A DNA stretch of 63,294 nt, filler included, from Octopus bimaculoides (GCF_001194135.2; 7 parts of 7 records of this genome joined end to end with filler, not necessarily neighbours in it); one strand, 5' to 3'; counted from the whole stretch's first letter, positions 26,282 through 39,530 are shown. The notes: generated from the letters alone by a model not told the origin. Program-made: numbers and translations.

Positions 26282-26357
26282 TGCGCATGCGCATGAGACT
26301 CTTCCTGTATTCCTTCCGGAACTAGTCCCTGCGCATGCGTGGATAAACTTTCCGGAA
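26282..26357. promoter_or_regulatory. Promoter core: NRF1-ETS-NRF1-ETS motif cluster, putative TEP1 and possibly bidirectional promoter
   Basis: TGCGCATGCGCA 26282-26293, TTCCGGAA 26314-26321, TGCGCATGCG 26330-26339, TTCCGGAA 26350-26357, in a CpG-containing patch ~2.7 kb upstream of the TEP1 ATG. Confidence 0.6.
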
Positions 26358-26581
26358 ATGTCGTCTGCTATTAAGGTGTCACTACATACTCATATATTAT
26401 TTGTATTATATATACATATATATATATACAACAATAGCAGTGCGGAAGGTGTTTATAAGTCATTTAAGAAACACAAAAACTTTAAGATTCACTTCAACAT
26501 TTAAATTTAATTTGCTAAAATATTTTCGTAGCTTTGAGACCGCGACCTGTTCACTGACAAAATTCCGCACTGCATTTCTCT

Positions 26582-26638
<57 letters not shown>

Positions 26639-27517
26639 NNNNNNNNNNNNNNNNNNNNNNNNNNNNNNNNNNNNNNNNNNNNNNNNNNNNNNNNNNNNNN
26701 NNNNNNNNNNNNNNNNNNNNNNNNNNNNNNNNNNNNNNNNNNNNNNNNNNNNNNNNNNNNNNNNNNNNNNNNNNNNNNNNNNNNNNNNNNNNNNNNNNNN
26801 NNNNNNNNNNNNNNNNNNNNNNNNNNNNNNNNNNNNNNNNNNNNNNNNNNNNNNNNNNNNNNNNNNNNNNNNNNNNNNNNNNNNNNNNNNNNNNNNNNNN
26901 NNNNNNNNNNNNNNNNNNNNNNNNNNNNNNNNNNNNNNNNNNNNNNNNNNNNNNNNNNNNNNNNNNNNNNNNNNNNNNNNNNNNNNNNNNNNNNNNNNNN
27001 NNNNNNNNNNNNNNNNNNNNNNNNNNNNNNNNNNNNNNNNNNNNNNNNNNNNNNNNNNNNNNNNNNNNNNNNNNNNNNNNNNNNNNNNNNNNNNNNNNNN
27101 NNNNNNNNNNNNNNNNNNNNNNNNNNNNNNNNNNNNNNNNNNNNNNNNNNNNNNNNNNNNNNNNNNNNNNNNNNNNNNNNNNNNNNNNNNNNNNNNNNNN
27201 NNNNNNNNNNNNNNNNNNNNNNNNNNNNNNNNNNNNNNNNNNNNNNNNNNNNNNNNNNNNNNNNNNNNNNNNNNNNNNNNNNNNNNNNNNNNNNNNNNNN
27301 NNNNNNNNNNNNNNNNNNNNNNNNNNNNNNNNNNNNNNNNNNNNNNNNNNNNNNNNNNNNNNNNNNNNNNNNNNNNNNNNNNNNNNNNNNNNNNNNNNNN
27401 NNNNNNNNNNNNNNNNNNAAGTCAAACCAAATACTGATATTTTGAAATTATTTTGTATGTATGTTTCAGGTTTGTGTAATATTAAATCGGAAATGTATCC
27501 ATTATGAAAACTTTCCT

Positions 27518-27560
<43 letters not shown>

Positions 27561-27563
27561 GTG

Positions 27564-27950
27564 CAGGCATGGCTGTTGGGTAAGAAGCTTGCTTCCTAAC
27601 TACATAGTTCTGGGTTCGATCCCACTGTGTAGCACCTTGGGCAAGTGTCTTCTACTATAGCCTCAGACCAATCAAAGCCTTGTGGGTGGATTTCCTAGAT
27701 GGAAACTGAAAAGAAGCCTGTATATATCTATGTGTATCTTTGTATCTATGTTTGTCCCCCACCATCGTTTGACGACTGGTGTCGGTGTGTTTATATCAGT
27801 ATAACTTAGCAGTTTGGCAAATGGGATCAATAAAATAAGTATCAGGCTTTTAAATAAAAGTACTGGGGTTGATTCATTTGATTAAACATTCTTCAAGACT
27901 GCCCCAGCATGGCCACATTCTAATGACTGAAACAAATAAAAGATGAAAGA
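27564..27950 (+). mobile_element. Family A SINE, diverged full copy
   Basis: Same head, CORE-like block and tail as 30677-31090. Confidence 0.8.
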
Positions 27951-28519
27951 TATATGTTAATAGGGACAGCTATTCCACAGGCACTATGATGAGGGTAGGG
28001 GTAAGTCTGGAGAACACGGATTTTTGAATTTTTTTTCAAATATGAACTACAAGTGTTTCTGAATGGGTGACTGAAAATGGCAAAGAATATTGAAAAAAAT
28101 TAAAAAAAACAACAACAAAAAGCAAGAAATTTCATGACAGCTATTCCAAAAGTTAACCAAACCTTTTTTTTTTTTTACTCAGAATCATAATCTCCATATT
28201 TTTAAACAGGAATCCATTCAAAATTCCACTGAGCATGTTTCCAAAAGTTCTGAATTAAAATCTGCCACCAAATCTTAGCCAAAATTTATGTTCTTAACAC
28301 TAGCATTGGCTCTGTAGTACATATGTCTTGTTTTCAAAAGTTCTGGATTAAAATCTTCGAAACCTTAGTCACAATTTATGTTCAAAAGTTTAATGATAAC
28401 TAAGTTATTTTTACTCAATTCTTTGTTATATTTAAAATTAATTGAAAGAATCACAGAGCATCTCAACAGAAATATGGTAACAAAAGGGTTAAAATATACA
28501 ATAGAGAAACAATTCTTAA

Positions 28520-28743
28520 CCTTTTTGATACCAACCTGCACGAAACTACTTCTGGCTCTGTGGTACAAATGTTTTGTTTTCAAAAGTTCTGAATTAAAAT
28601 CTTCCACCAAACCTTAGACACAATTTATGTTCCTAACACTATCTTAATAATGATAACTAAGTTATTTTACTAAATTGTTTGTTATATTTAAAGTAATTGA
28701 AAGAAACACAGAGCACCTCAACAGAAATATGGTAACAAAAGGG
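28520..28743. mobile_element. piggyBac-like MITE, with a truncated tandem copy at ~28240-28488
   Basis: TTAA|CCTTTTTG...CAAAAGGG|TTAA termini. The upstream copy ends in the same AAAAGGG-TTAA. Confidence 0.65.
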
Positions 28744-28949
28744 TTAATAATGATAATGGTTTCAAATTTTGGCACAAGGCCAGCAATTTTGGGGTTGGGG
28801 ATAAGTCAGTTACATTGACCCCAGTGTTCAACTGGTACTTATTTTATTGACCCCCGAAAGTGATGATAGGCAAAGTTAACCTTGATAGAATTTGAACTTA
28901 GAACATGAAGGTGGGAAAAATGCCGCTAAGCATTTTTGTCCAGCATTCT

Positions 28950-28993
<44 letters not shown>

Positions 28994-29073
28994 CATGTCA
29001 ATAATTTACAGTGTATGGAAATATGTATCTTTTGCAGAAAAAGGTAAAAAAAAAAAAAGAAAAGAAATTCAAG

Positions 29074-29119
29074 ATGTCTTTGTTGGGAGATTTGGAGTCT
29101 GACTTGAAAATTCCTTCAG
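29074..29119 (+). CDS. TEP1: TEP1-like gene, probable first coding exon (MSLLGDLESDLKIPS + G)
   Basis: ATG at 29074, donor CAG|GTAAGA at 29119/29120, phase 1. Acceptor TTTTGCAG ends at 29037. The phase matches the next exon (G+AA = Glu). The frame is also open from 29038, so the true start could lie in an upstream exon. Confidence 0.65.
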
Positions 29120-29874
29120 GTAAGAAATTGATGAAATTGTCAATCACCTCAAATATTTCCTGCTACCATTGAGATCTGCATCTGTTTCTTAGCTTCATCC
29201 AGGCTCACACTTGCCACTTCCATGCTATCCTCCTCCTCCTCCTCCTCCTCCTCCTCCTCAGTCTCCTCCTCCTCAGTCTCCTCCTCCTCAGTCTCCTCCT
29301 CAGTCTCCTCCTCAGTCTTCTCCCACCTCCCCACCTCCTCACCACCACTACCACTGTTAACTCCTACCTCCTCAGTCTCCTTCCTACACCTCCCCACCCT
29401 AACCCACTTCCTCTACAACCTCCTTCCTCCTTTTCCTCTTATACGCCCACCACCTCTTCCTGGGGTTAATTTAATTTTGGCTTTATACCAAAATGAGGAA
29501 TCAGTATAACTACTAAATGTCCTGCTATGTAAAATGCTTAATTTCTTTTTTACCTTGAGTTCTGTCATGCTGACAATTTCTAATAAGAATGAAATGGCTC
29601 AATACACGATTACCTCAGACTGGAAGTTTTAAAATCCTCTTTTCGAGCAAGGAAAAATAAAAGATATATCTTATGTGTATCTTTTTCCTTGTTCCTTGAT
29701 TTCAAATTCCAACTTCTAATCCTGCTAAATATTAACTAGAATTGATTATCTCCCCTATGTTTACTAGCCACCAGGGTACTCCCCATATTATTAATATATT
29801 ATTATTTATGTGATTTAATAATGTGATTGATGTAATGTTGGTTTAAAAATTTCCTGAAATATTTCTTGTTACAG

Positions 29875-30175
29875 AATATCTGACGGATCCCTTGTTACTG
29901 AAACCATCTTTGCACTACGATTCTGATGACAGAATAACCAAATTACATGAAAGCTTATTAAAGAAGTTGGAGAATGAAGTACATCTGTCATGCAACCAAA
30001 CTATTCCAAGTCTGTCTTTGGAAAATACTCTTCTGAAAGATGAGCCTTCTACTGTCATGCCATTTTCTATTGAACCTGATTATTTTAAAACACAACCATC
30101 CCATGTGTGGAAATCACAGCAGAAACCAAAGCCAGAAGTTGTGCGTCCTTTGAAAAGATGTAAACCCATGCAGAG
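29875..30175 (+). CDS. TEP1: TEP1-like gene, coding exon 2 (EYLTDPLLLKPSL...RCKPMQR)
   Basis: Acceptor TTCTTGTTACAG|, donor GAG|GTTTGT. Phase 1 in, phase 2 out, open frame, phases compatible with both neighbouring exons. Confidence 0.75.
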
Positions 30176-30676
30176 GTTTGTATATACATGTTTACCCACT
30201 CTTAAAATCACATATATATATATACACATACCACACATACACACACATTTAAACATACACATGTTAACAAAGGAGCTTTGTGTGGACCCTGCATCTTCTA
30301 AAAATAGCTGCCAAATTTTACTCAGATAATTACCTACTGTCCTAAAAATGAAGAACACACTAAATAATAAGATAACGTATATGTTATATTTGGAAATAAT
30401 GTATAAGTACAGATATGGCTGTGTAGTAAGAAGCTTGCTTCCCAACCACATACTTCTGGGTTCAGTCCCACTGCATGACACCTTGAGCAAGTGTCTTCTG
30501 CTATAGCCTTGGGCTGACCAAGCCTTGTGAGTGGATTTGGTAGATGGAAACTAAAAGAAGCCTATCATATATGTGTATATATATATAAGTACCAGTTACG
30601 CACTGGGGTTGATGTAATCGACTTAATCCGTTTGTCTGTCTTCATTTGTTCCCCTGTGGGCAATAAAGAGATAAAT

Positions 30677-31090
30677 ACTCTTTTACTTGTTTCAGTCATT
30701 AGATTGCAGCCATGCTGGGGCACTGCCTTTAGTACAGCAAATCGACCCCAGGACTTATTCTTTGTAAGCCTAGTACTTATTCTATCAGTCTCTTTTGCCG
30801 AACTGCTAAGTTACGGGGACGTAAACACACCAGCATCGGTTGTCAAGCGATGTTGGGGAGACAAACACAGACACACAAACATATACACACAAACATATAC
30901 ACACACATACATATATATATATACATATATACGACAGGCTTCTTTCAGTTTCCGTCTACCAAATCCACTCACAAGGCTTTGGTCGGCCTGAGTCTATAGT
31001 AGAAAACACTTGCCCAAGGTGCCATGCAGCGGGACTGAACCCGGAACCATGTGGTTGGTAAGCAAACTACTTACCACACAGCCACTCCTG
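30677..31090 (-). mobile_element. Family A tRNA/CORE-like SINE, full length, in a TEP1 intron
   Basis: Head TGGCTGTGTGG...GGTTCAGTCCC, CORE-like CACCTTGGGCAAGTG, internal (CA/TA)n, TAAAAGAG tail. Resembles the octopus OR-type CORE-SINEs. Confidence 0.85.
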
Positions 31091-31436
31091 TATATGATTA
31101 TTTAAGTCCTAACAACTATGACAGGAAACCCAAACACATTAGTCTTCTATGACCATAATAATAAAACAAAACGAAACACTTGGCTTGATGTTATTTGATG
31201 GAAATATTTAATTGTTTTACAATGAAAGTAAACAAAGTTTGTGTTAGAAGCGTTGAGATGTATTGAAAGTTACAGGAATAAATTTTTTTTATTCTCAAAC
31301 GCGTGATAATGCTAATAAATAGTGTAATCAGGATAAATTATCCATACAGCATTATCACGTGTTTGAGAATTAAAAAAATTTATTTCTGTCATTTCTGTAT
31401 CTTTAATTGTTTTTTATTTAAATTCTTTTTATGTAG

Positions 31437-31719
31437 ACCACCACTGAGATTCAATAAGATACGAAGAAGAAGTGCAACAGGACTTAAGGACTTAAGACGT
31501 AAAGTGGTCAAGAAAAGAAAGAAAGAGAGTGAGAGTGAACAGTATTCGAATGAATATGAAGAACTGGTCTTTGACGAAGAAATGGACAAAGATGATGGTG
31601 ATAATTATGAAAGAGGTGACAAGAAGGATGACTATTTGCAGAAACTGAAATTCACTCAAGACAATACTGAACCAGAAATCTGTCCGGATTCATCATTCAA
31701 AGATATTCAACAGTTAAAA
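31437..31719 (+). CDS. TEP1: TEP1-like gene, coding exon 3 (RPPLRFNKIRRRS...DIQQLK), basic then acidic region
   Basis: Acceptor TTCTTTTTATGTAG|, donor AAA|GTAAAT. Phase 2 in (AG+A = Arg), phase 0 out. Confidence 0.8.
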
Positions 31720-32599
31720 GTAAATATTCTTTACTTAATAATCCTTTTTATTATTGGCACAAGGCCAGAAATTTTAGGGGAGGTGGGGGAGGGGAGGGGA
31801 ATAGTCGATTGCATCAACTCCAGTGAAAGTATAACAGGTGGAGTTGACCTTGGTGGAGTTTAAGCTCACAATGTGAAGCCACATGAAATGCCGCTAAGCA
31901 TCTTGTCCGACGTGCTAACGATTCTGCTGGCTCACCATCCTGTTTGCTACTTAATAATCCTTTCTGCTAAAGGCACAAAGCCTGAAATTTGCAGGGAGGG
32001 GACAATTCGATTACATCGATCCCATTGTTTCGCTGGTACCTAATTTATCGACCCCGAAGGATGAAAGACAAAGTTGACCTTGGCGGAATTTGAATGTAGA
32101 ACGTAGCAACAAGTGAAAAACTGCTTAGCACTTTGTGCTGGGTATTAGCTCACTCCCTCCATCAACTTGACATTGCCTGTACAAGCGATGGAACTGAACT
32201 TGAAACTGTGTGGTTTGGAAGCAAGCTTCTCATTTTCATGTCAGCTTGTTTACAGTATTATGTACCTACATAGTGATTCACAATGTGGAAAATTCTGCGA
32301 AAACTTTGCTTTACTGGGGAGGTCTAATAAGACTTGAATGTGCCTAAAGTTGTCTCCCATCTTTGCCAAAATTATTAAAATGATATTAGACATTAAGCTA
32401 ATGTATTTTTTCTTCCAAAGTGTAATTATTTTAATTAGAATTTTTTTAGTGCATGTTATTAACTTAACTGTTGTTCTATTATGCAGGTAGCATCCCTCAC
32501 TGCTTTATTATACATAATTGAACACTTTATCTTTTAATCCAGTATTAGAATTTCTCTTTTGAATTAATATTTTACGTTTATACATTTCAAACATTCCAG

Positions 32600-32734
32600 G
32601 AGAAACTTCTTCGAGTAATGGGTGCAGTTTTACTTTCCTCACCAAAGTTCAAGAGCTCTGATTGTGAGGAGAAGACCTACATAGAAAATTTGTGCATGAA
32701 AATTGCTGAGGTGGACCCAGAATTTATTTTGAAG
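32600..32734 (+). CDS. TEP1: TEP1-like gene, coding exon 4: start of TROVE domain (EKLLRVMGAVLLSSPKFKSSDCEEKTYIENLCMKIAEVDPEFILK)
   Basis: Acceptor TTCCAG|, donor AAG|GTGAGA, 135 nt, phase 0/0. ENLCMKIAEVDPEFILK resembles the TEP1 TROVE N-terminal segment as I recall it (human EICRELALLEPEFILK). No later exons found before the linker at 33961. Confidence 0.8.
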
Positions 32735-32796
32735 GTGAGACTTCTTTGAGAACACACACACACACACACACCTCTGTGTGTGTGTGTATGTATGCA

Positions 32797-33003
32797 TATA
32801 CTCTTTTACTTGTTTCAGTCATTTGACTGTGGCCATGCTGGAGCACCGCCTTTAGTCGAGAAAATTGACCCCAGGACTTATTCTTTTGTAAGCCTAGTAC
32901 TTACTCTATCGGACTCTTTTTGCCGAACCGCTAAGTTACGGGGACGTAAACACACCAGCATCGGTTGTCAAGCGATGGTGGGGGGACAAACACAGACACA
33001 CAA

Positions 33004-33040
<37 letters not shown>

Positions 33041-33475
33041 NNNNNNNNNNNNNNNNNNNNNNNNNNNNNNNNNNNNNNNNNNNNNNNNNNNNNNNNNNNN
33101 NNNNNNNNNNNNNNNNNNNNNNNNNNNNNNNNNNNNNNNNNNNNNNNNNNNNNNNNNNNNNNNNNNNNNNNNNNNNNNNNNNNNNNNNNNNNNNNNNNNN
33201 NNNNNNNNNNNNNNNNNNNNNNNNNNNNNNNNNNNNNNNNNNNNNNNNNNNNNNNNNNNNNNNNNNNNNNNNNNNNNNNNNNNNNNNNNNNNNNNNNTAT
33301 ATACATATATATATATATATACGACGGGTTTCTTTCAGTTTCCGTCTACCAAATCCACTCACAAGGGTTTGGTTGGCCCGAGGCTATAATAGAAGACACT
33401 TGCCCAAGGTACCACGCAGTGGGACTGAACCCAGAACCATGTGGTTGGTAAGCAAGCTACTTACCACACAGCCAC
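32797..33475 (-). mobile_element. Family A SINE spanning an assembly gap
   Basis: Both halves match the family; the internal microsatellite falls in the gap. Confidence 0.8.
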
Positions 33476-33878
33476 ATGTATATAAGCAGTGTCATTCATT
33501 TCCATTATTCTGCTAGAACATGTCTGGCCATGAGTAAATATTACCTTGCTTGGAAACAGGTGAGAGTTGGTGACAGGAAGGGCATCCAGCCATAGAAAAA
33601 TCTGTCTCAATAAACTCCATCTGATCCATGCAAACAGAGAAGTAGACATTAAAATAAAAAAGAATATATATATTCTTTTACTCTTTTATTTGTTTCAGTC
33701 ATTTGACTACAGCTATGCTGCAGAACCACCTTTAGTTGAACAAATCGACTCCAGGACTTATTGTTTGTAAGCCTAGTACTTAGTCTATAGGTATATTTTG
33801 CCGAACCACTAAGTTACAGGGATGTAAACACACCAGCATCGGTTGTCAAGCGATGTTGGGGGGACAAACACAGACACA

Positions 33879-33916
<38 letters not shown>

Positions 33917-34016
33917 NNNNNNNNNNNNNNNNNNNNNNNNNNNNNNNNNNNNNNNNNNNNTTAATTAATTAANNNNNNNNNNNNNNNNNNNNNNNNNNNN
34001 NNNNNNNNNNNNNNNN

Positions 34017-34790
34017 CCCGCCCAGCCGTCACCCGTTTCCCGTTTCCCCTCACCTACCACCCCACCACCCTACCTCTTCAACGCACCATTCTCCGAGCCT
34101 TCCGGTGATTCCAGTCCTACCTCTCCACTTCACACAACTTCCCTAACCGACACCTCTTCTCTTTCAAACGAGCCCATAACCTGCGAGACCTCTTGGTCCA
34201 CAGCTTCTTCCCTAACCCAACCTCCCAACCCGGCTCGTTCCTCTGCTCCCGCCCACACTGCAGCACTTGCCCTTACCTCTCCAACACCATCCTCCTCACA
34301 GGCACCTATCATCAACCCTATCGTATCACTGACTCCTTCACCTGCACTTCTAGTAACATCATATACTGCGTCTCCTGCTCTCTCTGCCCTTCGCTATACA
34401 TCGGTCAAACGGGACGCCGCTTGGCTGACCGGTTCACGGAACACCCCCGAGACATCCGACTCTGCAACGACACCCGGTTTCGCGCCATTTCCGCTCTACC
34501 GGTTACTCTTTACAACACCTGTCTGTATTCGGACTGTCCTTGCACAGGGTCCATCCGGACTCCCGTCTTCGCCGTGAGCAGGGATCAATCTTCTCTCTTC
34601 GCTCCTTTGCACCACATGGGCTCAACCCTCCTTCATTCTTCATCTAACCCTCTTCCTTTCTCCTCTCTTCCTCTCTCACCTACTTCCTCCCACCCATCTC
34701 TCCTCTCTTGCTCTGGCACCTACTTCCTGTCTTCACTCCTACCTACATTCTCCCTTCCACCCACTCCCTTCATCGTCACCCTCCCTCGTT
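34017..34790 (+). mobile_element. Penelope-like (Neptune-type) GIY-YIG endonuclease fragment, frameshifted
   Basis: FKRAHNLRDLLVHS...CSRPHCSTCPY...NIIYCVSCSLCPSLYIGQTGRRLADRFTEH, then after an apparent 1-nt deletion VSRHF...EQGSIFSLRSFAPHGLN*. Confidence 0.9.
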
Positions 34791-34845
34791 ATCCCACCCC
34801 TATACATCCCATTTATATTCACACACACATACATGCATACGTATA

Positions 34846-34881
<36 letters not shown>

Positions 34882-34925
34882 TGTATGTATGTGTGTGTGT
34901 GTGAATATGAATGTATATATATATA

Positions 34926-34959
<34 letters not shown>

Positions 34960-35154
34960 ATATGTGTATGTGTGCATATATGTATATACGAGAGGCTTCT
35001 TTCAGTTTCCGTCTACCAAATCCACTCACAAGGCTTTGGTCAGCCCGAGGCTATAGTAGAAGACACTTATTATGCAGGCGCGCACACACACACTTACTCA
35101 CACACACACACACACGCATGCACGTGTGTCTGAATGTACACATATACTTATAGG

Positions 35155-35252
<98 letters not shown>

Positions 35253-35681
35253 CATCGAAACATGCATACACATACACGTTTGTGTATTGTATGTGTGTAA
35301 AGAATGAGATAAAATATATACCTGTAAACCAACCAATTAATACCTAAAAAGCTGTGGTAAGCTTCATGATTATTCTGCGAGTCTTCTAGTAAACGGCGTC
35401 GAAGTCCCCGGCCCCAACCTAACCCACACCATAAAACTGAACAACAACGCAAGTATGTAGTGAACATATAATAGGTTTAAGAACAATGACAACTGAAGCT
35501 ATGGATTAATTCAAAATAAGTGTAGCATTAATAATCGGCGAACGACCACAAACGAAATGAAATATACATAGTGAGCAAACAAATAAAAAGGGGGAAAACA
35601 TGTTTATTAAGAGACTGATTATGAATCTGATTAAATGTTTATAGACAAAGAGAAAATAATGGGTTTACCGTAGCAGAGGTT

Positions 35682-35718
<37 letters not shown>

Positions 35719-36258
35719 NNNNNNNNNNNNNNNNNNNNNNNNNNNNNNNNNNNNNNNNNNNNNNNNNNNNNNNNNNNNNNNNNNNNNNNNNNNNNNNNNN
35801 NNNNNNNNNNNNNNNNNNNNNNNNNNNNNNNNNNNNNNNNNNNNNNNNNNNNNNNNNNNNNNNNNNNNNNNNNNNNNNNNNNNNNNNNNNNNNNNNNNNN
35901 NNNNNNNNNNNNNNNNNNNNNNNNNNNNNNNNNNNNNNNNNNNNNNNNNNNNNNNNNNNNNNNNNNNNNNNNNNNNNNNNNNNNNNNNNNNNNNNNNNNN
36001 NNNNNNNNNNNNNNNNNNNNNNNNNNNNNNNNNNNNNNNNNNNNNNNNNNNNNNNNNNNNNNNNNNNNNNNNNNNNNNNNNNNNNNNNNNNNNNNNNNNN
36101 NNNNNNNNNNNNNNNNNNNNNGTGTATGTATGTATCTACAGGTGTTCCTCCCTCCCACACTACCTCCATTCATTCATCCATATATGTATATGTCTCTCTC
36201 TCTCTATATATGTGTTTGTGTGTGTGTGTAGCGGGTATATGTGTATGTGTGTGTATGT

Positions 36259-36303
<45 letters not shown>

Positions 36304-38300
36304 TGTGTTATATGTGTGGCGAGATAAGCGATCAGTATGGAGAGAGGCGATCAATACGTGGTGAGAGACGAAGGTTAAATTAACTTAAATCTCCAAAATA
36401 TCTTCGTCGGTAAACATAAAAGGAAATCGGCGAAGCATTTTTCATTTATTGATTAAGGAATAGATTATGAGTTAGATTACGAGTGTGTGCATGTGTATGC
36501 GTTGATGCATGTATCTATTTGTACGTATGTCTTTATTGTATACATCAGCGTATTCATAATCATGAATGATGTTATCAGCCGGTTATTGATATCAAAGTTA
36601 ATGGATCCCAAACTCTTTATTAAAAAACAGAAAGGTTAAAAAACGGTGAGTAGTTGCTATTGGCATGGTGAGTAGATATGTGGGTGTGTTGGATATTTAG
36701 AATGTAAAAGGAATGTAGTTAAGATGCCATTGTGTCGCCTACAGTGGTATCTGGATTGATTTTCAACCAGGACACACATGTGCATTGGTGTATTTTACAA
36801 ATGTTGTGTTTGGACTGTGTTAAAGGTAACAGGTTTTATATCCCGATGGGGTAGTTGGTTGTGATATAAGTAGGGCTATTATGCTAAGTCTTTTTTTCAT
36901 ATTATACTCTTGTATTTTGAAAGCTTGCACTTCTCGTGTGTTATCCTGTCCTATACGTATGTGTAAGTGTTCATTCTAGTATTCATGTACTGAATGGAAT
37001 CTCTATAGTCATTTAGCTTGTGTAGCTTTCCTGAGGTATAATTTCTTTTTTAAGGTATTGGGGTTGTAAAATTGTTTGCTGTATTGCTTACAGTAGAGTA
37101 AATGAAAGTAGTTAACGATAAAGCTTTTAGTTTTATAAAGGTAATTTTTAGATTGTTATATTTGTGGCTTCTTTAGATAGTTTCTATTACATTTACTCGT
37201 ATATGGTGGACATATACTACTTTAGCTCTTGCAGTGTATTTTGTGTGCAAAGTGCTTATCTTTTTGCGAAACTTCGAACTTGAGAAGGACAATATTTTGG
37301 GTACAAATGTTTTCTTGTCATGTTATGGTTTGAGGTTATACTATTTCGTCTTGGCCGTTTGTATGGCTGCGATTAATTTTGTGCTGTTTGTTGTTTGTAT
37401 GCGTGTTTTATGTTGTCTGCATGTGTGTGAATATTTTGGTCCTAACTATTGTTTATGTGTATTTTCTAGAGATATTCTTACCTTCCTAACGTTATTTTGG
37501 TTTATTTTGTGCAGAGTCGCCGCTCCAATTTATCTCTCACAGATGGTGTTGATCTATATGTTCATCTCTTTATTTGTCTACGTTTCAACCAGGGGCATCC
37601 TACTGTTTCTAGCATAAGGTATCCATGATCGCTTAATCTAGAGTATTGTTCTTTTTAAGTGGTAGAATCTTTTTATAAAAATGGCTACTATTTTGAGCAG
37701 GTTGCCGAACCGTGTAGACGCCGCCCTCTCATGGGCTGTGGGTGTTCAACATCATCCACTTTCCATTAAATGTCTTGTGTTATTAAGCTTGTGTTTGGAA
37801 AGGATTCTTTAAGAGATTAGTTAGATATTGGAAAAGTTGTGCTGGCTATGCCCGATTTTAACATTTTCGAGCCCGATAATGTTTTTCTCAGTACCATCTT
37901 CCACAAATGATACTTCAGCCCAATACGTAAGTATACTAGTATGGCACTTTATTGAATGCAGCAAAAAGTAGCAGGTTTGTATTTACATTCTGATGAGATT
38001 CACTTGTATTAATGGATCTGGGTATTTTATCGCTTCGCAGAGTCAAAATGATGTTTTCTCTTACACTATAGCTAACTTTTGTTGAACAAATTGCGATGTA
38101 CAAGTTTATGGGAAAATATTTTTGGTTAACGTTGAGAAATTTCTAGTTATATAAAAGAACAAAATACAAAGTACAGTTAGAAAAAGGAAACAATTTTGGT
38201 TCAAGCCACTCAATAACATGAATGTATTCATGTTAAAAAATGAGCTGACCCAACATTATTCCTGTTCTGTATTTTATGTATCATGTATACTCCAGGTTCC

Positions 38301-38684
38301 GTGGAGGCGCAATGGCCCAGTGGTTAGGGCAGCGGACACACGGTCATAGGATCGCGGTTTCGATTCCCAGACCGGGCGTTGTGAGTGTTTATTGAGCGAA
38401 AACACCTAAAGCTCCACGAGGCTCCGGCAGGGGATGGTGGCGAACCCTGCTGTACTCTTTCACCACAACTTTCTCTCACTCTTACTTCCTGTTTCTGTTA
38501 TGCCTGTAATTCAAAGGGTCAGCCTTGTCACACTGTGTCACGCTGAATATCCCCGAGAACTACGTTAAGGGTACACGTGTCTGTGGAGTGCTCAGCCACT
38601 TGCACATTAATTTCACGAGCAGGCTGTTCCGTTGATCGGATCAATTGGGACCCTCGACGTCGTAAGCGACGGAGTGCCAACAAC
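38301..38684 (+). mobile_element. Full-length tRNA-derived SINE (family C) with CAA tail and TSD
   Basis: Head TGGCCCAGTGG...GGTTTCGATTCCC, tail CAACAAC, flanking direct repeat CAGGTTCC at 38293-38300 and 38687-38694. Confidence 0.85.
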
Positions 38685-39199
38685 TTCAGGTTCCATTTAA
38701 GCTTCTCAATACATCATTGTAATAATTCGCAGTGTGACTAAATATATGTCGGAATATGTATGGCATATATATTTTATAATATCGACGAAATTTAAAAAAA
38801 TCTAATACAGATAGATTATTAGGATTTTTTGAATATTTGCTAGGTAATAATTTCGCTAATGGTAATTTTACCTTTTAGGCTTCCGGGGTTGATAACATAA
38901 AAGACCAGAGTAGTACTGATGGCAATTTAATGACTAAGCGCCCACCAAAATTTTGTGGTCGCATTCCACGATTAGAAAACAATATATACTGTACCTAAGG
39001 CGGTGATCTGCGGGGAAAATGCGTCCGTCTTTACATTCTGAGCTCAAATTCCGCCGAGACCGACTTTGTCTTTCATGCTTTCGGGGTCGATAAAATAAGT
39101 ACCAGTTGAGCACTGGCGGTCGATGTAATCGACTAGCCCCCACCTCCGAAATTGCCGGCCTTGTGCCAAAATTTAAAATCAATATTTATCATACCTTTT

Positions 39200-39530
39200 T
39201 TTTTGCATTCAATAAGGATGTTAATTGCCATTAATTACAATCGTGACATTTAAAGCGTTAAAAAACCATAAGGTTATTTTAAGCATGACATTCTTGAATA
39301 TTTGAATTAAATCTTTTCAGTATGTTCAAGTAATGGCCGTTCAGGCCGCGGAAATTTAATAACTCGTCATTTCTCTAAGTAGCAATGACAAAAGAGTTGA
39401 ATTCATTTCTGAATCTCATTAAGATAAACAAGTCCTCCTACCAACGCAGACACTTCGACTCCATCGAAGCTACCCATGCTATTATCGAATATCGAAGCAA
39501 TGATATATCGAATATCCCATTGTTTTCCTT
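39200..39530 (-). mobile_element. Penelope-like reverse transcriptase remnant
   Basis: Minus strand FDNSMGSFDGVEVSALVG resembles the PLE RT motif FDVTMGSxDGAEVCELVG, followed by IFK..LKIT. Multiple stops and frameshifts. Confidence 0.65.

Noticed and set aside
29149-29397. Poly-Glu ORF antisense within TEP1 intron 1
   Set aside because: Driven by a (CCT)n/CTCCTCAGT microsatellite, with no convincing splice sites or family signal.
34193-34960. 255-aa ORF as a host gene
   Set aside because: It is a frameshifted Penelope GIY-YIG fragment that runs into microsatellite.
36400-38280. 1.9 kb of non-repetitive, strand-biased sequence, possibly a decayed retroelement ORF on the minus strand
   Set aside because: Stops in all frames and no motif I could assign with confidence. 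Needs tBLASTx against TE libraries.
38301-38375. SINE heads (also 44538-44610, 59835-59905) as tRNA genes
   Set aside because: Acceptor and anticodon stems are broken, and the heads continue into SINE bodies with tails and, in two cases, TSDs.
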